From: Phoronis australis
Lineage: Eukaryota > Animalia > Phoronida
Direction of reading: 5' to 3'
Assembly: GCA_002633005.1 (NCBI GenBank)
Contig: NMRA01000755.1
Coordinates: forward strand, 1-64,000
DNA: 64,000 bases
The notes beneath the pieces were generated by a model. The model was not told the origin of the DNA. It did not search any database and saw only the letters and a list, made by a program, of their open reading frames with translations. The first letter of the stretch is position 1. The number at the start of each line of letters is the position of its first letter. This document shows positions 1-12,230 of this stretch, in pieces. A program made the translations under genes and the position numbers.

Positions 1-281
1 TATAAAAGTGTACCGTACTGGAGTCGAGCACCATCTTCAGCACCTTCATGTGATTGGCCCAAATCTTGCGAGAAGTGGAAATTTGATGGCTACTTCAAAT
101 AACCGTTATAACGTGAAGAATTTCAGTCTCTTTCTTATATATTGGCGGAATTTCCTTTAAACTTGATGACGCAGAAGTATAGCATTTATATTGATTGTGA
201 ATACCTGCGCAATTAAAGTGGATAAAATTGATCACAGTGCCTTGAATGTTTCAAGAAAATTTCCGTGCTCTTCAGTTTCTA

Positions 282-790
282 GTCTGGCAGTGTTTATTCG
301 TGGCACCTGGGCTTACGGTGAATATTTTGCAACTGGTTTTAAGTGGTTACCTCTTGGGTTGATCTAGCTCAATTTTTAACCCTTTTTGATAATTGTCTGG
401 CAGGGACACCCCACCACTGAAATTGTCTGTCATCTAACTGTTGTGCCATGTACAGTGATGCTGAACATAGAGCAATTGGTTTCAAACAGTTACATGGTAG
501 GTTGATCTAACTCAACTCAGGTATTTGGGCGTGTCTGGCTGGGCTAACCCACCACTGGATTCGTCTGGCAGTGTTCATTCATGATACCTGGTCTCGCGGT
601 GAATATTTTGCAACTGGTTTCATGCGGTTACCTCTTGGATTGATCTAGCTCAATTTTTTACCTTTTTTTATAACCATCTGGCTGATACTCCCCACTGGCA
701 GTGACCAATTTTGACACAGTGGATTTTAGTAGGTATCAAAGGCAGTTTGAAATGTTAACCCGAAACGTTGATCTAGCTCAATTTTTTAAT
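282..790. repeat. Degenerate tandem repeat, ~140-bp monomer with ~280-bp dimer structure
   Basis: GTTGATCTA(G/A)CTCAA-type core recurs near 358, 501, 640 and 767. The block starting gtctggcagtgtt at 282 is repeated at 563. Confidence 0.8.
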
Positions 791-1052
791 GCCATTCTCG
801 TGGCTCCCCTGACCGCACGCACCAGAGCGAACCTGCCAGATGGCCATTTCCAAGCATGAGGATACCCATAGACCACTGTGGTACCAAAGGAAATTGGTTA
901 CCTTCTCATGCCCAAAAAGCTCTGAGATTCCGTCTAATGGGTATTTTATCAATCATATGATTCTACAATGAATCCAACAACCAGATGGGAAACCATTATT
1001 AAGGTGAACATAGCAATCTTTTGTATAGTAACCTAGTATTACATTCCATATG

Positions 1053-2116
1053 ATACCCAGAGGATAAAGCACTTCATTGTATATATATCTCAGTACATGT
1101 AGAAAAAGAAAGTGAGAAACTCACTGGATTCTAATGACATTATCCAGTGAGATTTTCACTTAAAGAACCATTTGAGTGAGAAATGCAAATGAGAATCCAC
1201 TGAGAATTTGAAGGAGTCAGTGGATAGCAAGAAAAAGTGGGAATTAAGTGAAAATTTTTGACTTACAAAATTTCTGAGTGAGAATTGAGTGAGAATTGAG
1301 TGAGAATTATGTTTTGCAAAAATTAGACTGAGCTGTTAGGATATTCAAACAGGCTCATTGGCTATTCCTGTGGAAATTTCAGTTGGACCAGATTTCTGAT
1401 TCAAAATAAAATGGTGCCAGGAATGAACACTTGTGATGAAGTAGAGAAATCGCTGGAAGATTGATGATGTTTTTCTCACAAATATTGTGAAATCACTGAA
1501 CAATTTGTCTGCAAGTCAACCAGAGGGATCCTGGACTGAAGTAGTGACTGTGATAATAAGCTTAAGAATACCACATTCCATACATCTACTAGAGCATACA
1601 AAGCAACAGTATTGGACTGATTAGTATTCACTTTGTATTGGCAGCTGAGTTTTTAGTATTTTGCTAATTCACAGAAAGCAATGAAATTGTTAGTTTAAGT
1701 TTGCTGTATTTCACCATGTTAATCATTGCAATTAAATTGTAACTTTAGTCAAATTTCAAGATAAACTCACAAAAATAAGCAGCATTTTGGTTACCAACTC
1801 TCATCTAATTCAGTCAACGGCTATAAAAGGCACACATAACACATTCTATGTTCAAAAATTGTCACCCAGTGAGATTCTCACTCAGTGAGATTTTCAGTGA
1901 CACGAATTCTTACTGAGTGGGAATGCTATGCAAATTAGTTAGATTTTCATTACAATCGCACTGGAATATCACTATATTCGCACAAGAATGATTTTTTTCT
2001 TACTAATTTGAATGGGATCTTAATTAATTAGATTCTCATTGGAATCTCACTGGAATCCAAAGAAATTCTCACTTAGTTTCAGGATGACAATTTCCTGAAG
2101 TTCTTTTCATAAGGGA
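1053..2116. mobile_element. Possible non-autonomous DNA element with AGTGAGAATT-type subterminal repeats
   Basis: Imperfect inverted ends (tacccagaggataaagcacttca / tgaagttcttttcataaggga). Many agtgaga/tctcact motifs cluster at 1110-1310 and 1865-2070. Confidence 0.35.
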
Positions 2117-3427
2117 GACCATTCTAGGACAGAAATGAAACATTAACCACGGACAAAAGCAAATACAAAAAAATGTCCGCTTATGCAGGTTCGTGTAAAT
2201 ATGCTCTTATCAGTGAGTTCATACTTAGGAGACACTTCTTTTACGCCAAGTTTCGTTAAAACATGACTCAACATTTTGTTTGCAAGCTTGATATTGGTAC
2301 GCTGCTACCGAACTTAATCAAGCTGAAAGAATTATGTGCTCTCACTCAGAATTTTTTAGATCACTTTCACGCATTCGATGATATCAGCTTGTTCTGTGGA
2401 ACAAATTTGATGTGATTTCTGCTCTACGTGAAAGAACTGACAGTTTGTTGGACACAGCTCGAGATCAGGTTTGATCAATTGCCAATGGTGATCAATATAC
2501 TGTCCCCATGTCCCCAAGCAATGACATTAATGTCGATTCATCATCCCTTCCACGCCCAGACAAAACCTCTTTTTTGAGTTGTAAGCAACAAGTTAAGACA
2601 ATGCAGTTTTATAGTCCTCGGAAAGTAGTCTTTAATTTGCTTCTTTGACAGAATTTTTATCATCTTCAAATACATCACTTATGTGAAAAAAGGTTAAATG
2701 TTAAAGAACACCGAGTGAACAAGGACTTGTATGGATACCTGCATCAAAAGTACTGACATTTCAACTACACTTTTAGGGCCGTGCCCAGCACATAACATGA
2801 CACGGACAACAAGTCGATACAGCCTGGTCTCAAGAAATAATTCACTTCTTGCTAAAGCTTGGGCATTACTTCCAACTAGACTTAGAAGTAATAATTTAAG
2901 GTCAACTTCACAAAGGTTAGTATAAATTATAAATGAAATTTTAGGACGTAAGGTGGATTTAAGAATGATTTTGTTTATTTTTATGAATTTCATTTTATCA
3001 GGGTGACAAAAATGGAATGCCAAAATGAGAAACGTGAAAAAAACTAAAAAAACGCAAACTGCATGACGAGGAAGACACGGAAGACAGCAATAGGTACGTG
3101 CTATGCATTTTTGAAATGTCCATGACGAGAGGGTTCAGAAAATACTAATATCATGGGTGTACGTCAAGTTAATGGAGTCGGATCAGACATAAACAATAAC
3201 CTCTTCATATTCAAGGTTCTAATAAAGCGTGTGTTTCATTGGTGTTAGTACAAATTGCAATTTTATTACACTTATACGACAAACCAACCAGAGGTTCTGT
3301 TTAATAGCAGGAAACGAGGCCAGCATCCGCGACTTGACTGAGCTCTGAGTGGCCAAGACCATTGCCGTTGTGGCAGGAAATGGTAGTCGAATGCCTGGTG
3401 TAAATAAATTTCAGTTAAATAACTCAC

Positions 3428-3520
3428 CCAAAATATAAAATTGAAGCCAAAAAGCAGGACTTTCATACAGTTCACAACTGGTGAAGTAGACATCCGTGCT
3501 TTCGTACGTTCTTTTGCCAT
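3428..3520 (-). CDS. Tetraspanin (TSPAN6/7-like), first coding exon; remaining exons not found in window
   Basis: MAKERTKARMSTSPVVNCMKVLLFGFNFIFW followed by a phase-0 GTGAGT donor. C-x-K-x-LL-x-x-FN-x-IFW is the tetraspanin TM1 signature, and the exon ends at the usual FW position. Confidence 0.85.
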
Positions 3521-4189
3521 CTTGCTGGCAAAATTTCACCAATATCAAAGGCAATCACTTCACAGTCTGGTCAGAATGTTTACACTCAACTGAGTCAAGA
3601 ACTCCTGATTTTCAGCCTCGTTTCAGGGTAAAACAGGTGTTCGCTTCGCTGCTGGTTTTGTTGACTTGCGCGATGCAGGGATGACGTAAGCAAAACCGGG
3701 GTAAATCCATACGTGTATACTGCGCAGGCTCGTTTAATTAGTGTGGATTCCTATTATCGATTTAGGAATTATTCCGATTTTCGAGTTATAAGAAGGGAAA
3801 TGCCTCGTATGATTATAATTCTATGATGATAGTCCAACAAAAGTGTGCGTTTTCTATTAATAAATGGATTTTGATCGTATTTTCGGTATTTTTTTGATAA
3901 TTTCGTGATGCCCCTATATAGCTAATCTTACGTTAGATAAAAGTCATAAACATGGGTCCCTATAGTCCCCTGTGCCTCACGTTTCCACCAAACACATTTA
4001 TGCTACAAAGGCTTTTTTAACTCAAATCAAAACATGTGGTCGTAAGAATAAAATTTATCCGCCTGGACCACGCTGATGAAGAACGTGGTCCGTCGTCGTA
4101 CATGTATATATATGAAATTTGTCCGCTTGGCGATGACCACGCTGCTGACGGAAGCAGTGGTCGTATGGCCAAAAATTGTCCACCCCATC

Positions 4190-4504
4190 CAGTGGCGGAT
4201 TTAGGATAACATGACGGGGGCCCAACATTTTGTCTCGGGCAACTGCAAAGTACGATCGCATGCGCGCACCCAGCTAAAATTCTAGGGGTGCCGAATTTCT
4301 AGGCGGAGTAAAAAAAAAAGGAAAACGGTTGCATCGGTGGTCTCGCTTGCACGCTTGCAATAGTGTTTGACAACCCCCCCCCCTCATATTAATTACCTGG
4401 ATTAATTGCTAAACTCGATATTTCCTCACGCTCTTGCTGTTTCACGTTTTGGCGGCAGCTAACTAGGGGGGAGGGGCAGCCCCCGGCCCCTTTAAATTCG
4501 CCTA
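4190..4504. mobile_element. GC-rich MITE-like element (CAGTGGCGGAT... family) containing a CATGCGCGCACCCAG end
   Basis: cagtggcggatttagg ... taaattcgccta inverted ends and poly-G/C tracts. Similar ends at 34031-34190 and 63585-63727. Confidence 0.5.
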
Positions 4505-5037
4505 AGCTACCACGCCTTCTCTAAGTCACGAAAAGCGCGTCATAAATTTAGCCCCCCAGAGATAAAGCCACGGGCATGGCCCGAATCATTCGATTAGAGT
4601 GGAGCTGGAGCACGGCACGCGCTCTAGATTTCTTCAAACTACAAATGTTATTTTGAAATATAGGCCTACCGCGGGTCGTTTGGCGCTTTCATTTCTCTCC
4701 TCGAAGAATAACACAGAAAGAATTAATGCCTTTAATTTTAAAAGTGACCCGTTGATTTTAGGTGTTGTTGATTTTAACTGATTTGGCCCATATCGAGAGT
4801 GAATCAATGTAAAACGAACGTACCTGCATGGGCCTGTACGGTTTGAACCCGTATTTAGTCAAAGAAAACTGATTTTTGTTATAGACAATGCCATGCCTTG
4901 CGGGAAGCGCCGGGACTTTAGCCGAAGGGCCCCGCCGTCCCAAACATGTCTTTATCATTACTGTCAAAAAGGCATCCAGTAATTGATTTGTCTGAGGCCA
5001 GTAATTTTTGGTGAATTGAATGACCGATTTGGTCATA

Positions 5038-5291
5038 CATGCGCGCACCCAGCTTTCGATATGGGAATTCCTGACGTTGTGGACCATTTGCTAACAAAAG
5101 AGCGAGCGGACTAAAAAAAAAAAAAAACGGGACCACCTGTGTGAATTGCGACTTTGCGCTTATTTAGTGGACTTTGGTCCCATTTTATCGGACTTTTTGT
5201 CTCTCAGGGGCAGACGTTTTTGCCCACTTCGTCAATGGGGGGGGGGGCTCGTTCGAGCCCCCCGAGCCCCCCTCCCAAGGGTGCGCGCATG
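5038..5291. mobile_element. MITE, CATGCGCGCACCC TIR family
   Basis: Perfect 13-bp TIR catgcgcgcaccc / gggtgcgcgcatg. Related copies at 22795, 47434 and 59481. Confidence 0.75.
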
Positions 5292-8058
5292 TCACGAATG
5301 ACCGATTTGGTCACCAAAAGTGCAGGGGAGCGGGGAGAAAAATGTGTGTCTAAAATTAAATTCCCTGTCCGAATCGCTACTATCAGTCGAACCCAGCTTG
5401 AATTATTGAGGAGGTGATAAACATAGTAAGGCCTGTAACCGAAGTTTGTTACTTTTTTACTTTTTTGCATATTTGAAAGCTGTCAAAAGACACGACGTTT
5501 GTGACCAGCACAGGACAACCGTGCATGTCGGAACATTTCACCTAATGACAGAAAGATCAGCCGGAAAATCTGCAAAGCGCATTTTCCTCTGCCTGGCAAA
5601 CACAAGGAACTTGTTCAGACTTAGCAAGCTAAATATATTCAGTTTTGCCCAAAATGAATAAACTCGTATAAGAAACTTCATTTTTACATATTCCCTTTCG
5701 AAATGTTCAGACAGTTGCTGTGCACGAACCTAAAACAAGTTGAACAAATTGAGCAGTATACATGTACCAACCAGCCAAATAACAAATACCGCAGGCTTTC
5801 TCTAGTATGAGGAACTTACCCTTTTTTGGAACCACAACGGCGTCCTCCACGTCCACGTCAGGTAGATCAACCAGACGGAAACTTCTCGCCTTTCCCGGCC
5901 AAAATTTGAACTCCGGATCGACATCTTTGCTGTTAGGGTTCTTAAAGTGGTCAACTCATCCCATTCCGCTCAGTTTCTGAAGTCCAGCGGGGCCACCTCC
6001 CAAGCGATTTTTAAATATGTTTCATAGCGCTTTTTGCCATTTTACTTCTAATACATGGGCGGCGCAGCACTGAAAAAAGTGGGGGGCTAAAGCCAACCCA
6101 GCTCCCCCCCTGTGGTACGGCACCTATAGACCATAGGCGGCGCAGCGTTGAAAAAAGTGAGGGACTATAGCCCCCCTCCCAGCCCTCTGTGGTGAGCCGC
6201 CCACTTACCACAGTCTACTTTGTTTTGTTTCTTGTCCGGTTGCTATGTTATGATTTTATTTTTAAGCTTAGAGTGCTCACAGAGACAGATTTTGATCGTC
6301 AATGAAACTTAGAAGTCAGCTCTCGCGCAACGACCCACCTCATCTATAGTCTTTACAACACGTGATTCATCGCCAGCTGATTACCGTCATTTTGCACATT
6401 CTCGGGAATACCACAGTTTTCCCGGCGGTAGCGTGTTGCACCTCGAATAAAAAAGGCGACTTGACAGTGAGCGCCGAGCACAGTCTTAACTGCCATCGAT
6501 TCCACGAGAGCACAAAAAGGTCAACTCTAAAGTCACAGACTCAGATCTTAAAAAATATGTGTTCAGGCATCCTGCTGAGATATGTTCAAAAACTAAGTTT
6601 AATTCAAAATTTCTGGACCATTGTTCCTTAAGTTAGAGCGTCATAGATATTTTGGGCCAAAATAGCCTATTTTTGGTTAAAAAAGGTTCCGTTGGTGAAG
6701 TAGATTCAAAACGGCTTAAAAGAACTGGAAAGAAAAAATCTTTATGATGTGTTTTGGACATTGAACTTCTCTATCAGAAGACAGTTTTTGCATTTTCAAA
6801 GCATAGGGTTTTCCAATAATCTTCTCAGGAGTGCTAAAATTCGGTAAATTTTACCCCAACGTTGTATAATATTTGATTTTTAGCCATTTTGGGGTCATTT
6901 GGGGGCCAGTTTGCGGGGTGCTGTTGATTTCAAATAATATTCTTCATCAGTTTACTGCCTCACTAATTAAAAAAAACAAGAAATCGGGCTTTATGTTTGT
7001 TTCCAATTGCAACAGCCGACAGACAGGATAAACCAGATCGCATATTTTACAGTCCTTGACTACTGTCAGTATGTACAAAGATTTTGGTATGTAGCTGTTC
7101 ACTATTTCGTAATCTCATACAGGGGCTTCATTAACTTTAACAAATTTGTTTCTTTGGTGATGAAATCGGACGACGTCTAGATAATTCGGCTGGTGCTGGT
7201 CCACCCTACGAATTCTGACTCACCGCCTACTCGCGGGAGTTCCTATAACTAGATTTTTTTGGTGAAATTTCATGAAATTTGTCTAAAAAATTTTCTATCC
7301 AGCAAATGATGGCAGATGTATATTTTGTAATTATTCTATCCTGTGCTGCCGTATCAGTGACTGTTTTAACATTTTGGAAACCGACAAGTGTCTAACCTGT
7401 GCCCCCTCGTCGGCTGCTAACCGATGTTGTGGCCTGGTAACGGCCCCACTACAACCGTCTCAAGGGGGAGGGGCGTTGCGACGGGTGTGAATGTACCCCC
7501 CACCAGGATTTTGGGTCCACCTAATTAGCAAGCCGAATTTAAGTCATATCACCTGTACTGTCACTCAGCTGTCATTAAATGTATACTCGAGTAACGTTGT
7601 CATCTAGTAGCAAACCGGACAAACCTATGATTTTGAGTACTGCCGGCTCAACTTACAAAGGCGGGGCTCATTTTTGTGAGCAAAGGAATCCGATAAACAG
7701 CAGATGGGTCGCCCTTAATGTTGAGAACGTGAACGCCCGGTGGCTACGACTGGCAAACTACATACACAAAGTTCATGTATGTGTTCAAATTTAGATTAGT
7801 GATAAAGCTTAAAGCTTACCGCTTATAGCGTACAGGTGTACATGTACACTGTACGTTGTTAATGAACACGACTGCGGCACATATAGGTTAAATTATTCAA
7901 CCACCAGCCCACAATACACTGTGGTCAGCTCAAATTATAAACAAGGCGCGTGCGACGGGAGGGGCTCATTTCGAGTCTGTGGGCCCGCATGTCATACATG
8001 TATATGTACCCTGATCATGCGCATTGGAAATAGTAAGTACACAGTAGACCGACCTGGC

Positions 8059-8187
8059 GTTCAGTAACGCTAGGACCTTGCTAAAAAGCAACACTTCGCG
8101 AGATTACGTGAGATATTTCCGTGTATTTCAAGTGCATGAGAACACGTGACTAAGCTAGATTTTAGCTAGGTCCTAGCGTTAGTGAAT
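8059..8187. mobile_element. Short palindromic MITE
   Basis: ttcagtaacgctaggacc ... ggtcctagcgttagtgaa inverted ends. Second copy at ~35172-35309. Confidence 0.65.
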
Positions 8188-9518
8188 GCACGCCGGTAGG
8201 CCTAAACAGCAGATACATGTAGCTTCAGACGGGTCGCCCTTAGCGTTGAGTACGTGAACGCAAAAGAACACCGATTCTTTCTTAAGAAGGCAAAAGTCGA
8301 TTCCCAAGATGTTAAGGCTGTTTCCAACAGTTCTGAGCTTACATGTTATAGCGCCGGGTGCCGTTGTCACCAACGTCAACCAGAAAGTGGACAATATCTA
8401 ATCGGGATGGAATTCGGCAGCTAAAACAACAGCGTAAATGTAAATATCAGTCGTCCGTCTGAAACGGTTACAACCAGCAGTACCTCAGAACCATACTTGC
8501 ATCCAATGATTTAGATGGGCAGACGACAGAATTGACGTGGTTGTTACAAAAGTAAAATCGCTTATAGTGATGAAAACCGCTGCCATCTAACGAAGAATCA
8601 CGTCCACCTTGATGAGAACTTTGTATTTGACAGTACCCGGAACGTGGTATCAGGGGTGGGTGTAACCCATTTTTTCAGCAAAATTGTTTTCTAGCTTTTG
8701 AAAACCGCGGCAACTTTGCATTTTTTAAAATATCGTTTCGTTTTTGTTTTATACAACGTCTGTTTTTTCATAAAATACGAAAAATCCTAAGTTTTGATAG
8801 CTTCTCATACAAAAGTAGAACACTTCGAAAACAATTCTAAACAAAGTTTCACAGAACACTGCCCGAAGCGTATTCTGACAGTTTCGGCCATTTCCGAAAT
8901 AAGATGTTTCCGAAGCAAGTCAAATTTGAGTTTTTCTAGAGTTGACCTAACCTTAAAAACTATGGATATCTGATATTTTAAAAAAGTAGTGTTTTGTAGC
9001 CATTTGCGTAATGCTGTCTACTACACGCATTTGTTCAACTGAATTCGCTATGCAACTCTATACCGGGATAACTATAGCGGCTTCCGTTATTACAGACATA
9101 ATTTTATGTCATTTTATTTCAGTTTCCTTAGTTTTTGTCTCGGGGAAACTCAGAAATTGCTAATTCAATAAATTAAGTTTTCGGTCCTGTGTTACAGACT
9201 ACCAATTTCGTAAAAAATAACCCATTTTTTAAGTGAAAAATTAGCGCAAATCACGATCACATACACAAAGTTTAAGCTGAATCTGAAAGATGTCCCCTAG
9301 AGTGATTTTTTGATTTCTTTTGAATTTCTCGTGGAATGACAAGAGCAATTAATATCTAATTTGGTGTCGCATATTTTGTTTTTGTTTGTCGTAATGCAGT
9401 TTAGTTGTATACTAAAAGAATGAACCATGGATTAGCGTTGTGTACATACATGTATGCACTGCCGTTCCTCTTCAATCCGTAACTGTTGGTGATTTAGCTT
9501 ATTGGTTCACTGATTTTT

Positions 9519-11207
9519 AACAAGAGCAATGCGGAGCGTTGAAATGCGCCCACGAATGCATCGCAAATGGTGTGCTTTTAGGGTTACTCATTTGTGTCAT
9601 AAAATGGCACTAGATGGCACAAAAACATACATGATCCATCCGAAAACGGGAGCATGTCATTGCTTCTTTAATAGAAAGCTATACACCAAATTTCATAGAA
9701 ATCCGTCACTGAACTTCAAAGAAATAAAGGAAACAGAATAAAATGAAATTGCCACTACCAGGAGGCACAGTGTTTATTGGATCCGCCTGAAAGTCGTCGA
9801 CGTCTGTTGTTAGCTTCATCTAAATAAACTTACAAAATTTAATAAAGATCCTGCAGTGGGTTTAGGAGACACATCATCAACCGTCCTCTTCACACTGAGA
9901 ACATATACGTCAATTTTCAAAACCATCCTTGGAATGATTTGGTTGATAAAGAGGTGGACGCCAAAAAATAGACACCAGTTGGCGCGAAGTACCTTGATTC
10001 CATCCGAAAACGGGAGGATAGCGTCATCTCACCAATAGATGCCCGTATTCAAAATTTATGAAAATCTGTTGAGGACCTTTGAAGCTACACAGGTAAACGT
10101 AAAACTAAAACTGCCACCAGGTGGCATGCCAGTAGTCACTAGATCAATCCCAAAATCATCATCGCCCGTTGTCAACATCATATAAACACACCTCTTAAAT
10201 TTAGTAAAGATCCTGCAAACGGTTTATGAGATACAGCTATGGGCGCAAAAAAGAAACTACCACTAGGAAGAGCCACAATAGTCGAAGTCATCGGAAAATC
10301 ATCGTCAGCCGTCCACTTCATAGTAAAAACCTACATGCCAATTTTCATAAATATGAAGGCGGTTTGTTTGGTAGAGGGGTGAACGCCAAAAAACAGACTC
10401 GAAAACAGTAAAAATGGCCACTAGGTGGCGCAAGCTAGGTCGAATCCATCTGAAAACGGAAAGATAGTGTCACCTCACTAACAGAAACCTGTACGTCAAA
10501 TTTTATGAAATTACGATGAGGACCTTTGAAGATACAGACGTAAACGTAAAAAAATAAAACTGCCACTAGGTGGCACACCAGTTTTCAGACCTGTCCGAAA
10601 GTCGTCGTCGTCCATTGTCAACATCATATAGATGCACTTACTAAATTTAGTGAAGATGCTGCAAACAGGAGATGTAGCTATATAGGCGCAAAAAAACAAA
10701 ACTGCCCCTAAAAGGCGCCACAGTAGTCGAAGTCGTCGGAGAATCATCGTCAACCGTCCTCTTCATAGTAAGAACATACATGCCAATTTTCACAATCATC
10801 ATTAGAGCGGTGTGGTTGATAGAGGGTTGGTCGTCAAAAACTCGTAAACAGTAAAACTGGCCACTACGTCGAATCCATCCGAAAACGGGAGGATACCAGC
10901 GTCTCACTAATAGATGCCTATATACTAACTAATTTTATGAAAATGCGTTGAGGACCTTTGAAGATACAGAGGTAAAGGTAAAAATTAAAATTGCCACTAG
11001 GGGGCACACCGGTAGTCGGATCCGTCCGAAAGTTGGCGCTCATGCTGTCCCATCCATGAATGGAACACGTGCAACATTTCATGAACACTATGTCAATCGG
11101 TTTTGTAGATAGGAGCAGCGGACGTCGGACGCTGGACGGACGGCCGGCCGGCCGGACACAGATGACGGCATAATGCGTCCACATATTAATATGTGGGTGC
11201 ATAAAAA
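9519..11207 (+). mobile_element. HINE/DINE-1/pearl-like non-autonomous rolling-circle (Helentron-associated) element with internal tandem repeats
   Basis: Subterminal IR atgcgcccac (9544) / gtgggtgcat (11193). Internal ~360-445-bp repeats, with ccatc(c/t)gaaaacgg near 9637, 10000, 10446 and 10875. (CGGA/CGGC)n microsatellite at 11119-11158, 3' palindrome ccacatattaatatgtgg at 11179-11196, then an A-run. Confidence 0.7.
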
Positions 11208-11922
11208 TCGAAAAGCATACTATTATAGGCATACTGCGTTGCCGCGGTAACGCTTACTTTTGACGAAAACTATTCCTTTATGGCTATGCGGTGCATTTTG
11301 AAAATTTGCAAGTTAGTATATACAGGTAAAGGGGTTTAGGTCTCCTACAGTTTATGAACGCTTAATATTGGGTCCCGATCGCACCGGATAAATATGCGGT
11401 CACCACTGTGACAACCGTGTTCAGCTAGCGCCGCGCACTTATTGATACTGGATAAGCCGCTAGAGCACAGGTCAACAAACCAGCGGTGAAAAATCCCGCA
11501 TATCTTTACATACAGATGTGTGTTCTCCTTGTAAGCGAATTATTCAAAGCATAATGGTCTTCGAAAAAGCGCCATTTTTAGCAATTTGAACACGACTGCC
11601 AGTTGACAACTCAGTGACGGAAGTGTCGTACTAAGATCTAAGATGTGCCAGATAAAACACACAAGAAGTCGTCAAATCAAGTAGAAAAGTAGAGATGAGG
11701 GCGAAGCCCTCGGGCAGCTTCGCAAGTTATCGCCTTCTGTCCTCGCTGCACTTGGTTTGGACGTGGAACGATCGGCGTGGAACTTAGTGGCTGGAAGTCG
11801 ATGGTGGGCTTCTCTGATGAAACGCTGGCTAGATGGCAACAGCGTCGTTGACTTCATACTGTAGATAACGGTTCGACTTGCAAGAGGCTGGCTTAATGGC
11901 AACAGCGTTCATACTTGTCCTA

Positions 11923-12230
11923 GGTTGTCTTTATCGTACTGCCCCGTCGGAGCAGTTACCAGTAGAACAGGGCCAGAACCATGCATTGGTGGTCGTGGTA
12001 CATGCTTGTCATTGGAGATCGGATTACGGTTGTCTTTATGCTGCCCCGTCCAGACAGTTACCACTTGAGCAGCCGCCAGAACCCTTGGTGCTCCTGGTAG
12101 GCCTCTACAAGCTTATCAATGGATTTCGGATTAAGGTTGTCTTTATACTTCCCCGCCCGTCGGGACAGTTACTAGTTGAGTTGTGCCAGAACTCTTAGGG
12201 TGCTTCTGGTACAAGCTTGTCACGGAAATT
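11923..12230. repeat. Three ~105-bp tandem repeats
   Basis: ggttgtcttta...ccgtc...cagttac...gccagaac...tggta units start near 11923, 12028 and 12135. Confidence 0.75.

Noticed and set aside
2694-3023. 109-aa minus-strand ORF in the tetraspanin intron
   Set aside because: No tetraspanin TM2-4 or CCG motif, no recognisable domain and no convincing splice signals.
11878-12230. Spaced direct repeats resembling a CRISPR array or a repeat protein ORF
   Set aside because: Whole ~105-bp units are homologous with no unique spacers, the context is eukaryotic, there are no cas genes, and frame is not conserved between units.
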